Part shown: in pieces, positions 30,177 through 40,051 of the stretch
How the letters are laid out: each line of letters opens with the position of its first letter
How positions within the stretch are numbered: position 1 is the stretch's first letter
DNA from: an uncultured Acidobacteriota bacterium
GTDB lineage: Bacteria; Acidobacteriota; Thermoanaerobaculia; UBA5066; Gp7-AA6
Assembly: GCA_963832145.1 (NCBI GenBank)
Contig: CAWHTA010000011.1
Coordinates: forward strand, 281,451-345,450
Reading direction: 5' to 3'
Length of the DNA: 64,000 nucleotides
Translations under genes and position numbers: made by a program
Notes under the pieces: model-generated
What the model saw: only the letters and a program-made list of their open reading frames with translations
The model's database searches: none
What the model was told of the DNA's origin: nothing

Positions 30177-31724
30177 TTGTCCACTCCGCCCTACCGCCCG
30201 GTCGTGCCTTGTCTCGCGGGGCTCCTCGTGCTCGCCCTCTCGATGCACGGCTCCGCCTCGGGCCAGCAGACCGCGAACCTCGTTTTCCGCGGCGTGTCCC
30301 GGCCGGTCGCGATGTCGGGAAAAGACCTTTTCAGCGTCACGGACGCGGCGCTCGCGCTCGGGTTCCAGGTCTCGCGCGACACGACGACGGGCGTCCTCAC
30401 GCTCTCGGGGCATGGCCACACGGTGCTCGCCGGCCCGGGCACGACCCAGGTCCCTGTCGACTCACGGATCGTCGAGATCTCCCGCCCCGCGCGGGCGGTC
30501 GGCGGGGTGCTCTACGCGCCGGGCGAGTTCCTCGAAAAGGTGCTCTTCCCGCTCGCCGGCGCGACCGGAACGTGGGAGCCGGGCAACCGCGTCTGGTCGC
30601 TCATTCCCGCGGCCGGTGCCGCAGCGCCCGTCGACCCCGGCGCACCGCTCTCGATCGACGTTGCCGTCGTCCACGTCGATCCGACGACGCAGGTCGTCTT
30701 CCGCGAGTCCGGCCCGGCGGAGATCATGCCGCAGCTCGTCTCATCGGGCCTGCAGGTGCGCTGGACCAATCGGAAGGTGGTGGCTCCGTTCGCGGAGCGC
30801 CGCTTCAACGACCCGCTTGTCGCGGCGGTGCGTTTCGAAGGCGACACCGCGACAGTCGTCTTCCGCGATCCGAACTCGAGCGCGCACGCGTACCCGCTGA
30901 CCGATCCCGACCGGATCGTCGTCGAGGTCGGCCGGATCGTGGACGCGCCGGAAATCGAGCCGTCCGCGCCGGCCCCGGCGCCCTCCCCCGCGATCACGAT
31001 CGTCGTCGACCCGGGTCACGGCGGGGGCGAGACCGGGGCGATCGGGCCGGGAGGCCTGCAGGAGAAGGACGTCACGCTCCAGATCGCGCGACGGCTCGCC
31101 GCGGCGATCCCGCGGCTCCTGTCGAGCCGCGTCGTCCTCACCCGCGACTCCGACAGCGCGATCTCTCTCGACGACCGGACGTCGCTCGCCAACCACGAGA
31201 AGGCCAACCTCTTTCTCTCCCTCCACGCGAACTCGTCGAAGGCGGCGGGCGCGCACGGTTCGGAGACGTACTACCTCTCCCTCGAATCGTCGGACCGCCT
31301 CTCGCAGGAGGTCGCTCGCCGCGAGAATCAGCCGCTGCTCGGAACGGGCGCGCCCGCAGCGGAAGCCCCGAACCCGGACCTCGACTTCATCCTGTGGGAC
31401 CTCGCGCAGAGCGCCCACCTGAACGAGTCGAGCCGGCTCGCCGAAGCGATCCAGACGCACTTGAACGTCGTGTCGAAGACGGACAACCGCGGCATCAAGC
31501 AGGCGCCGTTCCGCGTCCTCTCGGGCGCGACGATGCCGGCCGTCCTCGTCGAGGTCGGCTTCATCTCGCACGCCGAAGAGGAGAAGCAGCTCAAGTCCGC
31601 GCCTTTTCAGCAGAGCGTCGCGGACGCGATCGCCCGGGCAGTCGCCGAGTTCTTCGGGAAGAGGCCGCCGGCCGCTCCGGGGACGGGGCCGACTCCGGCG
31701 ACGACCCCCGCGCCCGCGCGATGA
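30177..31724 (+). CDS. N-acetylmuramoyl-L-alanine amidase (Amidase_3) with N-terminal AMIN-like region
   Basis: 515 aa with a signal peptide. [21 protein letters not shown] and [10 protein letters not shown] motifs. Confidence 0.9.
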   Translation: MSTPPYRPVVPCLAGLLVLALSMHGSASGQQTANLVFRGVSRPVAMSGKDLFSVTDAALALGFQVSRDTTTGVLTLSGHGHTVLAGPGTTQVPVDSRIVEISRPARAVGGVLYAPGEFLEKVLFPLAGATGTWEPGNRVWSLIPAAGAAAPVDPGAPLSIDVAVVHVDPTTQVVFRESGPAEIMPQLVSSGLQVRWTNRKVVAPFAERRFNDPLVAAVRFEGDTATVVFRDPNSSAHAYPLTDPDRIVVEVGRIVDAPEIEPSAPAPAPSPAITIVVDPGHGGGETGAIGPGGLQEKDVTLQIARRLAAAIPRLLSSRVVLTRDSDSAISLDDRTSLANHEKANLFLSLHANSSKAAGAHGSETYYLSLESSDRLSQEVARRENQPLLGTGAPAAEAPNPDLDFILWDLAQSAHLNESSRLAEAIQTHLNVVSKTDNRGIKQAPFRVLSGATMPAVLVEVGFISHAEEEKQLKSAPFQQSVADAIARAVAEFFGKRPPAAPGTGPTPATTPAPAR

Positions 31725-32320
31725 GCCGCCGCGCCGCGGCGATCCTCCTGCTCGTGATGGGCGCCGCCGTAGCCGGCCTTCTCTACCTCACTCGATCGCC
31801 GTCGTCGACCACCCGCTCCCGGCGCTCCCTTCCGTTCCTCCGGGTCACGCCCGCGGCTGGAGTTGCGCCGGCGCCCTCGGGAACCGTCGTTCCGGTCGAG
31901 ACGGTGCGGGTGACGCTCTTCTTTGCAGACGCCCGGCTGGGGAAGCTCCATCCGGAAGAGCGAGACGTCCCGAAGCCCTCCGGACCGGGCGCCTACCTGC
32001 GCACGCTCTTCGACGAGCTCGCTCGCGGGCCGTCGCGGCCCGGGTTCGTGCGGGTAATCCCCCCGCGTCTGCAGCTTCGAAACGGATTTCTTCTCGCCAA
32101 CGGGGAAGTGGTTCTCGACCTCGCTGTCGACGCGAGCCTCTCGTTCGGGTCCGCGGAGGAGCTCTCGATCGTCGCGACGCTCGTCGACACGGTCCTGCAG
32201 AACGTGGCGAACACGAGAAGGGTGCGAATCCTCGTCAACGGCGAGCCGGTGGAGTCGCTCGGCGGCCACGTGGACCTGACGCGTCCGCTCTCGTTCGTTC
32301 GAAGCGAGCTCGCTTCGTGA
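31721..32320 (+). CDS. GerMN-domain protein
   Basis: ATG at 31721 overlaps the amidase stop (ATGA). TM anchor. ..VTLFF.D......E.R.VP........L.EL..GP.. and ..[17 protein letters not shown] pattern. Confidence 0.7.
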   Translation: MSRRAAAILLLVMGAAVAGLLYLTRSPSSTTRSRRSLPFLRVTPAAGVAPAPSGTVVPVETVRVTLFFADARLGKLHPEERDVPKPSGPGAYLRTLFDELARGPSRPGFVRVIPPRLQLRNGFLLANGEVVLDLAVDASLSFGSAEELSIVATLVDTVLQNVANTRRVRILVNGEPVESLGGHVDLTRPLSFVRSELAS

Positions 32321-33075
32321 CGCGGACCGTGCCGCGCCCCGACGGGCGCAAGGCCTCCGAGATGCGCCCGGTGACGATCACGACCGGGACGATCCCGCAC
32401 GCGGAGGGCTCGGCCCTGATCGAGCTCGGCGGCACGCGCGTCCTCTGCGTGGCTTCGGTGGAGGATCGGGTCCCGCAGTTCCTGAAAGGGAGCGGGAGCG
32501 GCTGGGTGACGGCCGAGTACGGAATGCTCCCTCGGGCGACGCACACCCGGTCGCCGAGAGAGGCCGCCGTCGGGCGGCAGGGCGGACGGACGCAGGAGAT
32601 CCAACGCCTGATCGGGCGGTCGCTCCGGAGCGTGACGGAGCTCCGCGGCCTCGGCGAGCGGACGATCACCCTCGACTGCGACGTCCTCCAGGCCGACGGC
32701 GGCACGCGCTGCGCCGCGATCACCGGCGCGTGCGTCGCGCTTTCGATGGCGCTCGCGAAGCTTTTGCGCGACCGCGCGATTCCTCGGTGGCCGCTCCGCG
32801 AAACTGTCGCCGCGATCTCGGTCGGCGTCTGCGCGGGACAGGGGGTCCTCGACCTCGCCTACGCGGAGGACTCCGAGGCGGACGTGGACTTCAACATCGT
32901 GGCAACGGAGTCGGGAGCGTTCGTCGAGATCCAGGGAACCGCCGAGCGCCGGCCGTTTTCCGAGGAGAGGTTGACCGAGCTCCTCGCCCTCGCGCGCAGG
33001 GGGTTGAAGAAGCTCGCCGCCGTCCAGGCCGATGCGCTCGAGCCCCACCTGCGAGGCCTTTCGACCGGAACCTGA
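32317..33075 (+). CDS. rph: Ribonuclease PH
   Basis: GTG at 32317 overlaps the upstream stop. RPDGR...E.RP......G....AEGS.L.E.G.T.VLC and [13 protein letters not shown] motifs. Confidence 0.95.
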   Translation: MTRTVPRPDGRKASEMRPVTITTGTIPHAEGSALIELGGTRVLCVASVEDRVPQFLKGSGSGWVTAEYGMLPRATHTRSPREAAVGRQGGRTQEIQRLIGRSLRSVTELRGLGERTITLDCDVLQADGGTRCAAITGACVALSMALAKLLRDRAIPRWPLRETVAAISVGVCAGQGVLDLAYAEDSEADVDFNIVATESGAFVEIQGTAERRPFSEERLTELLALARRGLKKLAAVQADALEPHLRGLSTGT

Positions 33076-33109
33076 GCGGTAGAATCCCCGCAGAAAAAGG
33101 GGGTTCCGC

Positions 33110-33607
33110 ATGAAAAAGAGACACCTTCCGATCAGCCTGCTCGTTGTCGCGATCGGTGCGGCCGGATTCCTCTCCGCGGACGAGGCGAAGACCACCGAAG
33201 CGAAAAAGAAGGCCGCGCACGTCATGTTCACGCCCGGCGACATCCAGTGGGTGGATGCACCTCCCACAATTCCTCCGGGCGCGAAGATGGCGCTGCTCGA
33301 AGGGGACCCGTCCAAGGCCGGTTACTTTGCGATGCGCCTGAAATTTCCGAGCGGCTACAAACTCATGCCGCACTGGCACCCGAACGTGGAGCGGGTCACG
33401 GTCATCTCCGGCACGCTCCACATGGGGATCGGCGACACGTTCTCGGAAACCGGCGCTCACGCCATGACCGCCGGGACGTACGGGTCGATGCCGCCGAAGG
33501 TGAACCACTACGCCTGGGCCGAGGGCGAGACGGAGGTCCAGATCACGACGCTCGGGCCGTGGAAGCTCGTGTACGTCAACCCGGCGGACGATCCGAGCAA
33601 GAAATAG
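33110..33607 (+). CDS. Secreted cupin-domain protein
   Basis: 165 aa with signal peptide MKKRHLPISLLVVAIGAAGF. Cupin motif ..MPHWHPNVERVTVISGTLHMG. Confidence 0.7.
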   Translation: MKKRHLPISLLVVAIGAAGFLSADEAKTTEAKKKAAHVMFTPGDIQWVDAPPTIPPGAKMALLEGDPSKAGYFAMRLKFPSGYKLMPHWHPNVERVTVISGTLHMGIGDTFSETGAHAMTAGTYGSMPPKVNHYAWAEGETEVQITTLGPWKLVYVNPADDPSKK

Positions 33608-33625
33608 CGGCGTCAGGCAGGCATT

Positions 33626-33659
33626 TTGGCGTTATTCAGCCGACACCAATAACGCCAAA
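33626..33659. terminator. AT-rich perfect hairpin between convergent genes (bidirectional terminator candidate)
   Basis: ttggcgttatt - 12 nt - aataacgccaa, an 11-bp perfect stem between the cupin stop and the ASCH stop. Confidence 0.6.
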
Positions 33660-34070
33660 CTACGCGCCTGAACCCACGACTTTCTTCCCCGGCTTGACGC
33701 GCGCGGCGGGAGTTCCTTTCACGAGCGACGCCGGCACGTAGAACGGGATCGAGTAGTGGCCGCGGCACGGGACCGCGACGCGGAACCGCTGCGGCTTCGC
33801 CCAGACGTAGCTCCACCCGTCGCCGTCCTTCACGCAGTCGTCCAGGCGCGCCAGTCCCAGGAGCTTTCCGCGCTCCGGCTCCGGCGCCCCTTTGGGGAGA
33901 TCGCTCCGGCGGAGCGTCTGCGAGGCGTGAATGAGGATCCAGCCCCGGAACCGCGACGGGCGCGAGCGGACGTCGCGCCGTTTCGTGCCGCGGACGATCT
34001 GGTCGGCGGCGGGCTGCCGGACGGAAATCGCGGGGAACCGGTCGGCGTCGGGGATTCGTGAACGAGCCAT
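33660..34070 (-). CDS. ASCH-domain protein
   Basis: Start at MARSRIPD (136 aa). ..AISVRQPAADQIVRGTK..D.RS.......WILIHAS.. pattern of ASCH / PUA-like fold proteins. Confidence 0.6.
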   Translation of the reverse strand: MARSRIPDADRFPAISVRQPAADQIVRGTKRRDVRSRPSRFRGWILIHASQTLRRSDLPKGAPEPERGKLLGLARLDDCVKDGDGWSYVWAKPQRFRVAVPCRGHYSIPFYVPASLVKGTPAARVKPGKKVVGSGA

Positions 34071-34179
34071 GTGTCGATTCAGTGTTGTCGCGACGGGTGG
34101 CGGCCAAGGTCGCGGCCTGACATAATCGCCGGTTTCCGCGGCCCGGGCCGCCACACTCACACGGAAGAAGGGCTTTCGA

Positions 34180-35202
34180 ATGAAAAGAATCGGCATTCTC
34201 TTCGGTCAGGAACGGACGTTCCCGCAGGCGCTCGTCGAGCGCATCAACCGCGAGGGCGGCGACGTCGTCGCGGAGCCCGCGCTCGTTGGCGGGATCCGGC
34301 TCGACACGCCGAAGAAGTACGACCTCATCCTCGACCGGATCAGCCAGGACATCCCGTTCTACCGGGCGGCGCTCAAGAAGCTCGCCTTCGACGGGACGAT
34401 CGTCGTCAACGACCCGTTCTGGTGGTCGGCGGACGACAAGTTCTTCAACAACGTCGTCGCGGAGAGCGTCGGGGTCGCGGTCCCGAAAACCGTGCTCCTC
34501 CCCTCCCACGAGCACCCGCCGGAGACGACCTCGGCCTCGATGAGCAACCTCGTCTTCCCGCTCGAGTGGGACGAGATCTTTTCCTACGTCGGCTTTCCCG
34601 CTTACTTCAAGCCCTACTCCGGCGGCGGGTGGAAGAACGTCTACCGGGTGTCGAACCCCGACGAGTTCTTCGCGGCGTATCGCGCCTCCGGCCAGCACGT
34701 CATGACCCTCCAGGAGGAGATCGTCTTCGAGGACTACTACCGCTGCTACGTGCTCGGCGCGAAGGAAGTCCTCCTGATGCCGTACGACCCGCGCCAGCCG
34801 CACGCGAACCGTTACGTGCGCGAGCCGAAGGCCATCGACCCGGCGCTCGAGGAAAGGCTGCGGGGCGACTGCCGCAAGCTGACCGGGGCGCTCGGCTATG
34901 ACTTCGACACCGTCGAGCTCGCCGTGAGGGACGGCATCCCCTACGCGATCGACTTCCTCAACCCGGCCCCGGATGCGGACGTCGCGTCGATCGGCCCCGA
35001 CAATTTCGCGTGGGTCGTCGAGCATTCCGCGAAGTGGCTCATCGAACGGGTCCAGGAAGGTCCCCGCCCGTCGCGGGCGTGGGAGTGGCAGAAGGTTCGC
35101 GACACCGTCCCGGCGGTGACCGCCCGGGCGGAGCCGAAAAAGGCCCGGCCCCGCCCCTCCCCGAAGCGTCCCCGGACGACGACGCCGGCCGGCGAGGTCT
35201 AA
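34180..35202 (+). CDS. Classical ATP-grasp ligase (RimK/GshB-like)
   Basis: 340 aa. Lys-loop YFKPYSGGGWKNVY lies before the Mg-site AIDFLNPAPD, the classical motif order. Basic Pro-rich tail. Confidence 0.75.
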   Translation: MKRIGILFGQERTFPQALVERINREGGDVVAEPALVGGIRLDTPKKYDLILDRISQDIPFYRAALKKLAFDGTIVVNDPFWWSADDKFFNNVVAESVGVAVPKTVLLPSHEHPPETTSASMSNLVFPLEWDEIFSYVGFPAYFKPYSGGGWKNVYRVSNPDEFFAAYRASGQHVMTLQEEIVFEDYYRCYVLGAKEVLLMPYDPRQPHANRYVREPKAIDPALEERLRGDCRKLTGALGYDFDTVELAVRDGIPYAIDFLNPAPDADVASIGPDNFAWVVEHSAKWLIERVQEGPRPSRAWEWQKVRDTVPAVTARAEPKKARPRPSPKRPRTTTPAGEV

Positions 35203-36347
35203 TGACGGTCCAACGCCCCGCCTTCACGCTCGGCGTCGAGGAGGAGTTCCAGATCATCGATCCGGAGACGCGCGAGCTCAAGTCGCACATCCAGGAGATG
35301 CTCGACGAGGGGAAGCGGGTCCTGAAGGAACGCGTGAAGCCGGAGATGCACCAGTCGGTCATGGAGATCGGCACCGGCATCTGCAACAACATCCAGGAGG
35401 TCCGGCGCGACGTCGCGGAGCTGCGGAGCGAGATCATCCGAATGGCCGCGAAGACGGGGATGCGCGTCGCCGCGGCGGGGACGCACCCTTTCTCGAACTG
35501 GGCGGACCAGCTGATCTACCCGGACGAGCGGTACGCCGCGATCGTCCAGGAGATGCAGCTCGTCGCGCGGGCCAACCTGATCTTCGGCCTCCACGTGCAC
35601 GTCGGCATCTCGGATCGCGCCCTCGCCCTCCAGATCATGAATGAGGCGCGCTACTTCCTGCCGCACCTGCTCGCGCTCTCGACGAGCTCTCCGTTCTGGC
35701 TCGGCCGCAACACGGGGTTGAAGAGCTATCGCACGAAGGTGTTCGAGAGGTTCCCGCGCACCAACATCCCCGAGGTCTTCGAGACGCCCGCGGAGTTCGA
35801 CGACTACGTCCGCGTCCTCGTCAAGACCAACTGCATCGACAACGGCCGGAAGATCTGGTGGGACGTGCGGCCGCACCCGTTCTTCGACACGATCGAGTTC
35901 CGCGTCTTCGACGTGCCGATGCGGCTCGACGAGACTGTCGCGCTCGCCGCGCTGACGCAGGCGATCTGCGTGAAGCTCTTCCAGCTCCGCGAGAAGAACC
36001 TGGGCTGGAGAACGTATCGCCGGGCGTTGCTGCTCGAGAACAAGTGGCGCGCGAGCCGCTACGGAATTGAAGGAAAGATGATCGATTTCGGAAGAGAGAT
36101 CGAGGTTCCCTTCCGCGACCTCGCGGAGGAAATGCTCCTTTTCGTGGACGACGTCGTCGACGAGCTCGGGAGCCGGAAAGAGGTCGAGTCGATTCGCTGG
36201 ATCCTCGACAACGGGAGCGGCGCCGACCGCCAGCTTGCTGTTTACCGCGAGAGCGGCGAAGATCTGAAGCGCGTGGTGGACTTCATCTGCGACGAGAGCG
36301 CCCACGGGATCGACTCCGCCACGGCCAGCGCGGCGGCATCCGGTTGA
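35202..36347 (+). CDS. Carboxylate-amine ligase, YbdK / glutamate-cysteine ligase family 2
   Basis: ATG at 35202 overlaps the upstream TAA. FTLGVEEEFQIIDPETREL and GTHPF, HVHVG motifs typical of GCS2. Confidence 0.85.
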   Translation: MTVQRPAFTLGVEEEFQIIDPETRELKSHIQEMLDEGKRVLKERVKPEMHQSVMEIGTGICNNIQEVRRDVAELRSEIIRMAAKTGMRVAAAGTHPFSNWADQLIYPDERYAAIVQEMQLVARANLIFGLHVHVGISDRALALQIMNEARYFLPHLLALSTSSPFWLGRNTGLKSYRTKVFERFPRTNIPEVFETPAEFDDYVRVLVKTNCIDNGRKIWWDVRPHPFFDTIEFRVFDVPMRLDETVALAALTQAICVKLFQLREKNLGWRTYRRALLLENKWRASRYGIEGKMIDFGREIEVPFRDLAEEMLLFVDDVVDELGSRKEVESIRWILDNGSGADRQLAVYRESGEDLKRVVDFICDESAHGIDSATASAAASG

Positions 36348-37381
36348 GCGGCCCCCTTCGAGCCGATCTCGCGGAGGCCGTCTCCGCGAACGGATACGAC
36401 CTCGCCCCGGGGGCGCGCAACGCGATCCGGACGTGCCTGCGGGTCACGCCCGATGAGCACGTCGCGATCATCACCGATCGTGAGACCGAGCGCGTGGCCG
36501 AGAGCCTCGCCGCGGAAATCCGCGAGGTGGGCGCGCCGTACGAGCTCCACGTGCTCGAGGACTACGGCGATCGGCCCATGCTCGATCTCCCCCAGCCCGT
36601 TCGGGACGCGCTCGAGCGCTCCGATGTCTCGATCTACGCCGGTCAGCCGCGCGAGGGCGAGCTCGCCTCCCGCCGCGAGATGACCGCCATCGTCAATCGG
36701 CGCGAGATGCGCCACGCCCACATGGTCTCCATCACCCCGCGGATCATGGCCGAGGGGATGCGGGCGGACTTCGACGCCGTGGACGCGATCTCGACGCGGG
36801 TCCGGGACCGCGCCGCGAAAGCGCAGCGCATCCGTGCGCGCTCCCGCGCCGGCAGTGACCTCGAGGCAACCTTCGACCCCTCCGTCCTCTGGCTGAAGAC
36901 GAGCGGCCTCATCACCGCGGCGAAGTGGGCCAACCTTCCGGGCGGCGAGGTCCTGACCGCGCCGGCGCGCGTGGACGGTGTATACGTGGTGGACGGAGTC
37001 CTCGGTGACTATCTCTGCGCTCGCTACGGCGATCTCGAGGAAACCCCGCTCACCGTCTGGATCGAGAACAGCCGCGTCGCCGACGCGAAGTGCGCGCGGA
37101 CCGACGTCCGGGACGACTTCCTCGCCTACACGCGCACGGAGGAGAACTCGGACCGCGTCGGCGAGTTCGCGATGGGAACGAACATCGCCGTCCACTCCAT
37201 CATCGGAAACATCCTCCAGGACGAGAAGCTCCCCGGACTCCACCTCGCTTTCGGACACACCTACGCCGAGCACACCGGCGCGTCCTGGAGCTGCCGCACC
37301 CACCTCGACATCGTGGGCCGACACTTCGACGTCTGGTTCGACGACGAGCAGGTGATGGCCGACGGAAAGTTTTTGATTTAA
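36344..37381 (+). CDS. Aminopeptidase, peptidase family M29 (AmpS/aminopeptidase T-like)
   Basis: TTG at 36344 overlaps the upstream TGA. ..NLPGGEVLTAP..VDG..VVDG.., GEFAMGTN and NILQDEKLPGLHLAFG motifs. Confidence 0.75.
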   Translation: MSGPLRADLAEAVSANGYDLAPGARNAIRTCLRVTPDEHVAIITDRETERVAESLAAEIREVGAPYELHVLEDYGDRPMLDLPQPVRDALERSDVSIYAGQPREGELASRREMTAIVNRREMRHAHMVSITPRIMAEGMRADFDAVDAISTRVRDRAAKAQRIRARSRAGSDLEATFDPSVLWLKTSGLITAAKWANLPGGEVLTAPARVDGVYVVDGVLGDYLCARYGDLEETPLTVWIENSRVADAKCARTDVRDDFLAYTRTEENSDRVGEFAMGTNIAVHSIIGNILQDEKLPGLHLAFGHTYAEHTGASWSCRTHLDIVGRHFDVWFDDEQVMADGKFLI

Positions 37382-37387
37382 GGATCC

Positions 37388-37425
37388 CACCCTCTCCCCC
37401 ATGGGGAGAGGGCAGGGTGAGGGGC
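37388..37425 (-). repeat. REP family 1 copy (inverted orientation)
   Basis: ccaccctctcccccatggggagagggcagggtgaggggc, immediately after the M29 stop. Confidence 0.8.
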
Positions 37426-37443
37426 TCGAACGCCACCGAATCA

Positions 37444-38637
37444 ATGATCCCCGACCTCCGCCGCGCCTACAACGACAGCTTCACCGAAGAGAAGTACGCC
37501 GGGTACAAGCGGAGCCTCGAGGAAGAGGCCGGCTCCCGGATCGAGTTCCACCTCTGCGAGACGCCGGTCTTCCTCCCCCCGGACCTCCGCGACAAGATGG
37601 TGCGCGCCGCGACGGAGATCTGGTCGGAGCTTTCCAGACCAGAGATCCTTCGGGCGTCGCAGGACGCCGTGCCGCCCGCGCTCGACGTCCCCGGCTCGGG
37701 CGACCAACCCACGTTCGCGCAGGCGGACTTCGCCGTCACCCGGGATTCGAACGGCCTTCTCACGCCGAAGCTGATCGAGCTGCAGGCGTTCGCGTCGCTC
37801 TACGCATTCCAGCTCTTTCAGAGCCGGGGGCTCAAGCGAATCACCCCGGGCGGCGACGAACTCGACTTCTACCTGTCGGGCCTCGACGACGACAGCTATG
37901 TCCGCACGGTCGGTGAGGCGATCCTCGGCGGGTTCCCCGCCGAAAACGTCGTCCTGATGGACATCGATCCACCCACCCAGAAAACCTACGTGGACTTCGC
38001 GTGCACCGAGAAGCTCTGGGGAGTCCGGCCGGTGTCGGCGACCGACATCGAGAAACGCGGCCGGGAGCTCTGGTATCGCCGGGACGGAAAGCCGACCCGG
38101 ATCCTGCGGATCTACAACCGCCTGATCTTCGACGAGCTGTCCGCGAAGGGGATCACGCTGCCCATCGACTTCACGCAGCCGCTCGACGTGTCATGGGCCG
38201 GGCACCCGAACTGGTACTTCCGCTGGAGCAAGCATTCGCTGCCTTCCCTCTCCCACCCCGCGGCGCCCGAGGCGCGGCTCCTCTCGGACTTCGACGGTCC
38301 GCCATCGGACCTCGACAACTGGGTCCTGAAGCCGCTCTTCTCCTTCGCGGGCTCGGGAGTGAAGGTCGACGTCACGAGGAAAGACTTCGAGGCCGTCCCC
38401 GAGGCGGACCGCGCCCACACCGTCCTGATGCGGAAGGTCCAGTACGCGCCCGTCGTCGAGACCGTGGACGGAAACCGGTCGAAGGTCGAAGTGCGGATCA
38501 TGTTCGTGTGGCGGGACGGGAAGCCGTTCCCGGTGACGACGCTCGCGCGCCTCTCTCAGGGAAAGATGATGGGCGTCGCCTTCAACAAGGACAAGACGTG
38601 GGTGGGCTCGAGCGGTTGTCTCTGGCCTGGGGTCTGA
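37444..38637 (+). CDS. Uncharacterised ATP-grasp-like protein, probably circularly permuted
   Basis: 397 aa. The Mg-site-like LIELQAF (about residue 105) precedes the Lys-loop-like WVLKPLFSFAGSGVKV (about residue 295), the reverse of the classical order. No family assigned with certainty. Confidence 0.55.
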   Translation: MIPDLRRAYNDSFTEEKYAGYKRSLEEEAGSRIEFHLCETPVFLPPDLRDKMVRAATEIWSELSRPEILRASQDAVPPALDVPGSGDQPTFAQADFAVTRDSNGLLTPKLIELQAFASLYAFQLFQSRGLKRITPGGDELDFYLSGLDDDSYVRTVGEAILGGFPAENVVLMDIDPPTQKTYVDFACTEKLWGVRPVSATDIEKRGRELWYRRDGKPTRILRIYNRLIFDELSAKGITLPIDFTQPLDVSWAGHPNWYFRWSKHSLPSLSHPAAPEARLLSDFDGPPSDLDNWVLKPLFSFAGSGVKVDVTRKDFEAVPEADRAHTVLMRKVQYAPVVETVDGNRSKVEVRIMFVWRDGKPFPVTTLARLSQGKMMGVAFNKDKTWVGSSGCLWPGV

Positions 38638-38756
38638 CCCCCCCAGCCGCGAAGCTGGGCAAGATCGACCGCGAGGGGGTCAGATCCCTCCCCGCATGAG
38701 CTGTCGTGGATGTCTTCGGCGGACTCGAAAATCACCGGCTGGGGGGGTCAGACCCC
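38629..38756. repeat. Cluster of three GGGGTCAGACCCC-type palindromes (REP family 3)
   Basis: ggggtctgaccccccc (38629-38644), gggggtcagatccctcccc (about 38675-38693) and gggggggtcagacccc (38741-38756). Related copies at 2920-2933, 17011-17104 and 19886-19898. Confidence 0.75.
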
Positions 38757-39188
38757 AGCCGCAGCGAGCCACCCCATGAGCTGGTCGTCGATGTCTTCCG
38801 CGGACTCGACGACCACGGAGTGGCCGAACCGCTCCGGACCGAGCCGCTCGAAGTGGACGATGCGCGGGTCGACGATGCGTTTGGCGCCGTAGAAGCCGAC
38901 GCGGAGATACGTCCCGCGGACCGTGACCGCGCCGAGATGCCGGCCGGAGGTCAGGTTGATCGAGGTCTTCACCGGGTCCACCTTCACCGGACCGATCTTC
39001 CGCAGCTTCGAGACGAGCGCGTCGAACACTTCGCGCAGCTGCGGGTCGCGCCCCTTGAAGTGCTCGTCGAGCCCCCGTGTCGCGCACGAATGCCACTGGT
39101 TCGGCTTGACGAACTCGCGGCGGCAGGCGGGGCACCGCCAGAGCTGGCCGCGGCGCGCGGGTTTGCGGGCGGTCTCGCGGGAGGTCAC
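38748..39188 (-). CDS. DUF5655-like small protein with N-terminal CxxC...HxC zinc knuckle
   Basis: In-frame GTG at 39188 overlaps the esterase stop (GTGA). ..WRCPACRREF....WHSC.....HF.G.....E.FD.L...L...GPV...P.KT.I.L pattern. Confidence 0.6.
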   Translation of the reverse strand: MTSRETARKPARRGQLWRCPACRREFVKPNQWHSCATRGLDEHFKGRDPQLREVFDALVSKLRKIGPVKVDPVKTSINLTSGRHLGAVTVRGTYLRVGFYGAKRIVDPRIVHFERLGPERFGHSVVVESAEDIDDQLMGWLAAAGV

Positions 39189-39917
39189 GGCACGTAGCTC
39201 CGGATCTGGATCCTCCACCAGGGCCAGTCGTGCCCGTACGGGTCGTCCCACACGTGGCCGCGGTGCGGAATCCCCTTGTCCCGCAGGATGCGGATCATGT
39301 CTTCCGTCCCCTTCAGGATGTTGTCCTGCGCGCCCGTCACGATCGCGATGTCCATCTTCGACAGCCGCTCGACCCAGCCGGCGTCCATGTTCGGGACGTA
39401 CGCCGTCGGACAGTGAAAGTAGGCCCGTTCGTCCCAGTAGCCGTCGAGGAACGAGTGGATGTCGTACTTCCCGGAGAACCCGACGACCTTGTCCACCACG
39501 TCGGGATGGCGGAAGCCGAAGTTGACGGCGTGGTACGCCCCGAAGGACGCGCCGAGCGTGGCGATCTTCGCCGACGCCTTCGCCTTCGCGCGCATCCACG
39601 GGACGACCTCGCGGTAGAGGTACGTGTCGTACTGGTCGTGCCGCACGAGCCGGTCCGCCGGATGGCGCGATCTGCGCGTAGAGGCTCTCCCCGTCGATCC
39701 CGTCCACGCACGCGACCTGGATGTCGCCCGCCTCGATGCGGTCCCGGACGGCGCCGATCAAGCCGAAATCCTCGTTCTCGAAGAAGTGTCCGAAGGAAGT
39801 CGGGAACCAGATCATCGGCTTGCCCGCGCCGCCGAACCAGAGCAGGTCCATGCGGCGCCCGAGGGAGGGCGAGTACCAGGTGACGAATTCGCGGTTCATG
39901 CGTGTTGTCCACCGCAT
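39185..39917 (-). pseudogene. Esterase-family (alpha/beta hydrolase, putative esterase) protein, frameshift about 39650-39690
   Basis: N-terminus ..VTWYSPSLGRRMDLLWFGGAGKPMIWFPTSFGHFFENEDFGLIG...ACVDGIDGESLYA is in the frame of ORF 38748-39917. The continuation HPADRLVRHDQYDTYLYREVVPWM...GASFGAYHA.. is in ORF 39185-39646. Confidence 0.75.
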
Positions 39918-39963
39918 CGGCGCGAATGTCGCTGCCGACAGCGTGGGATAATTCCTCCTCTTC

Positions 39964-40038
39964 CGGGGCGTAGCGCAGCGGTAGCGTATCTGCTTTGGGA
40001 GCAGATGGTCGCCGGTTCGATCCCGGCCGCCCCGACCA
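39964..40038 (+). tRNA. tRNA-Pro (anticodon TGG), CCA encoded
   Basis: Manual cloverleaf: acceptor cggggcg/cgccccg, D arm gcgc-agcggta-gcgt, anticodon arm tctgc-tttggga-gcaga, T arm gccgg-ttcgatc-ccggc. Confidence 0.9.
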
Positions 40039-40051
40039 CCGCTAAGCGGGC

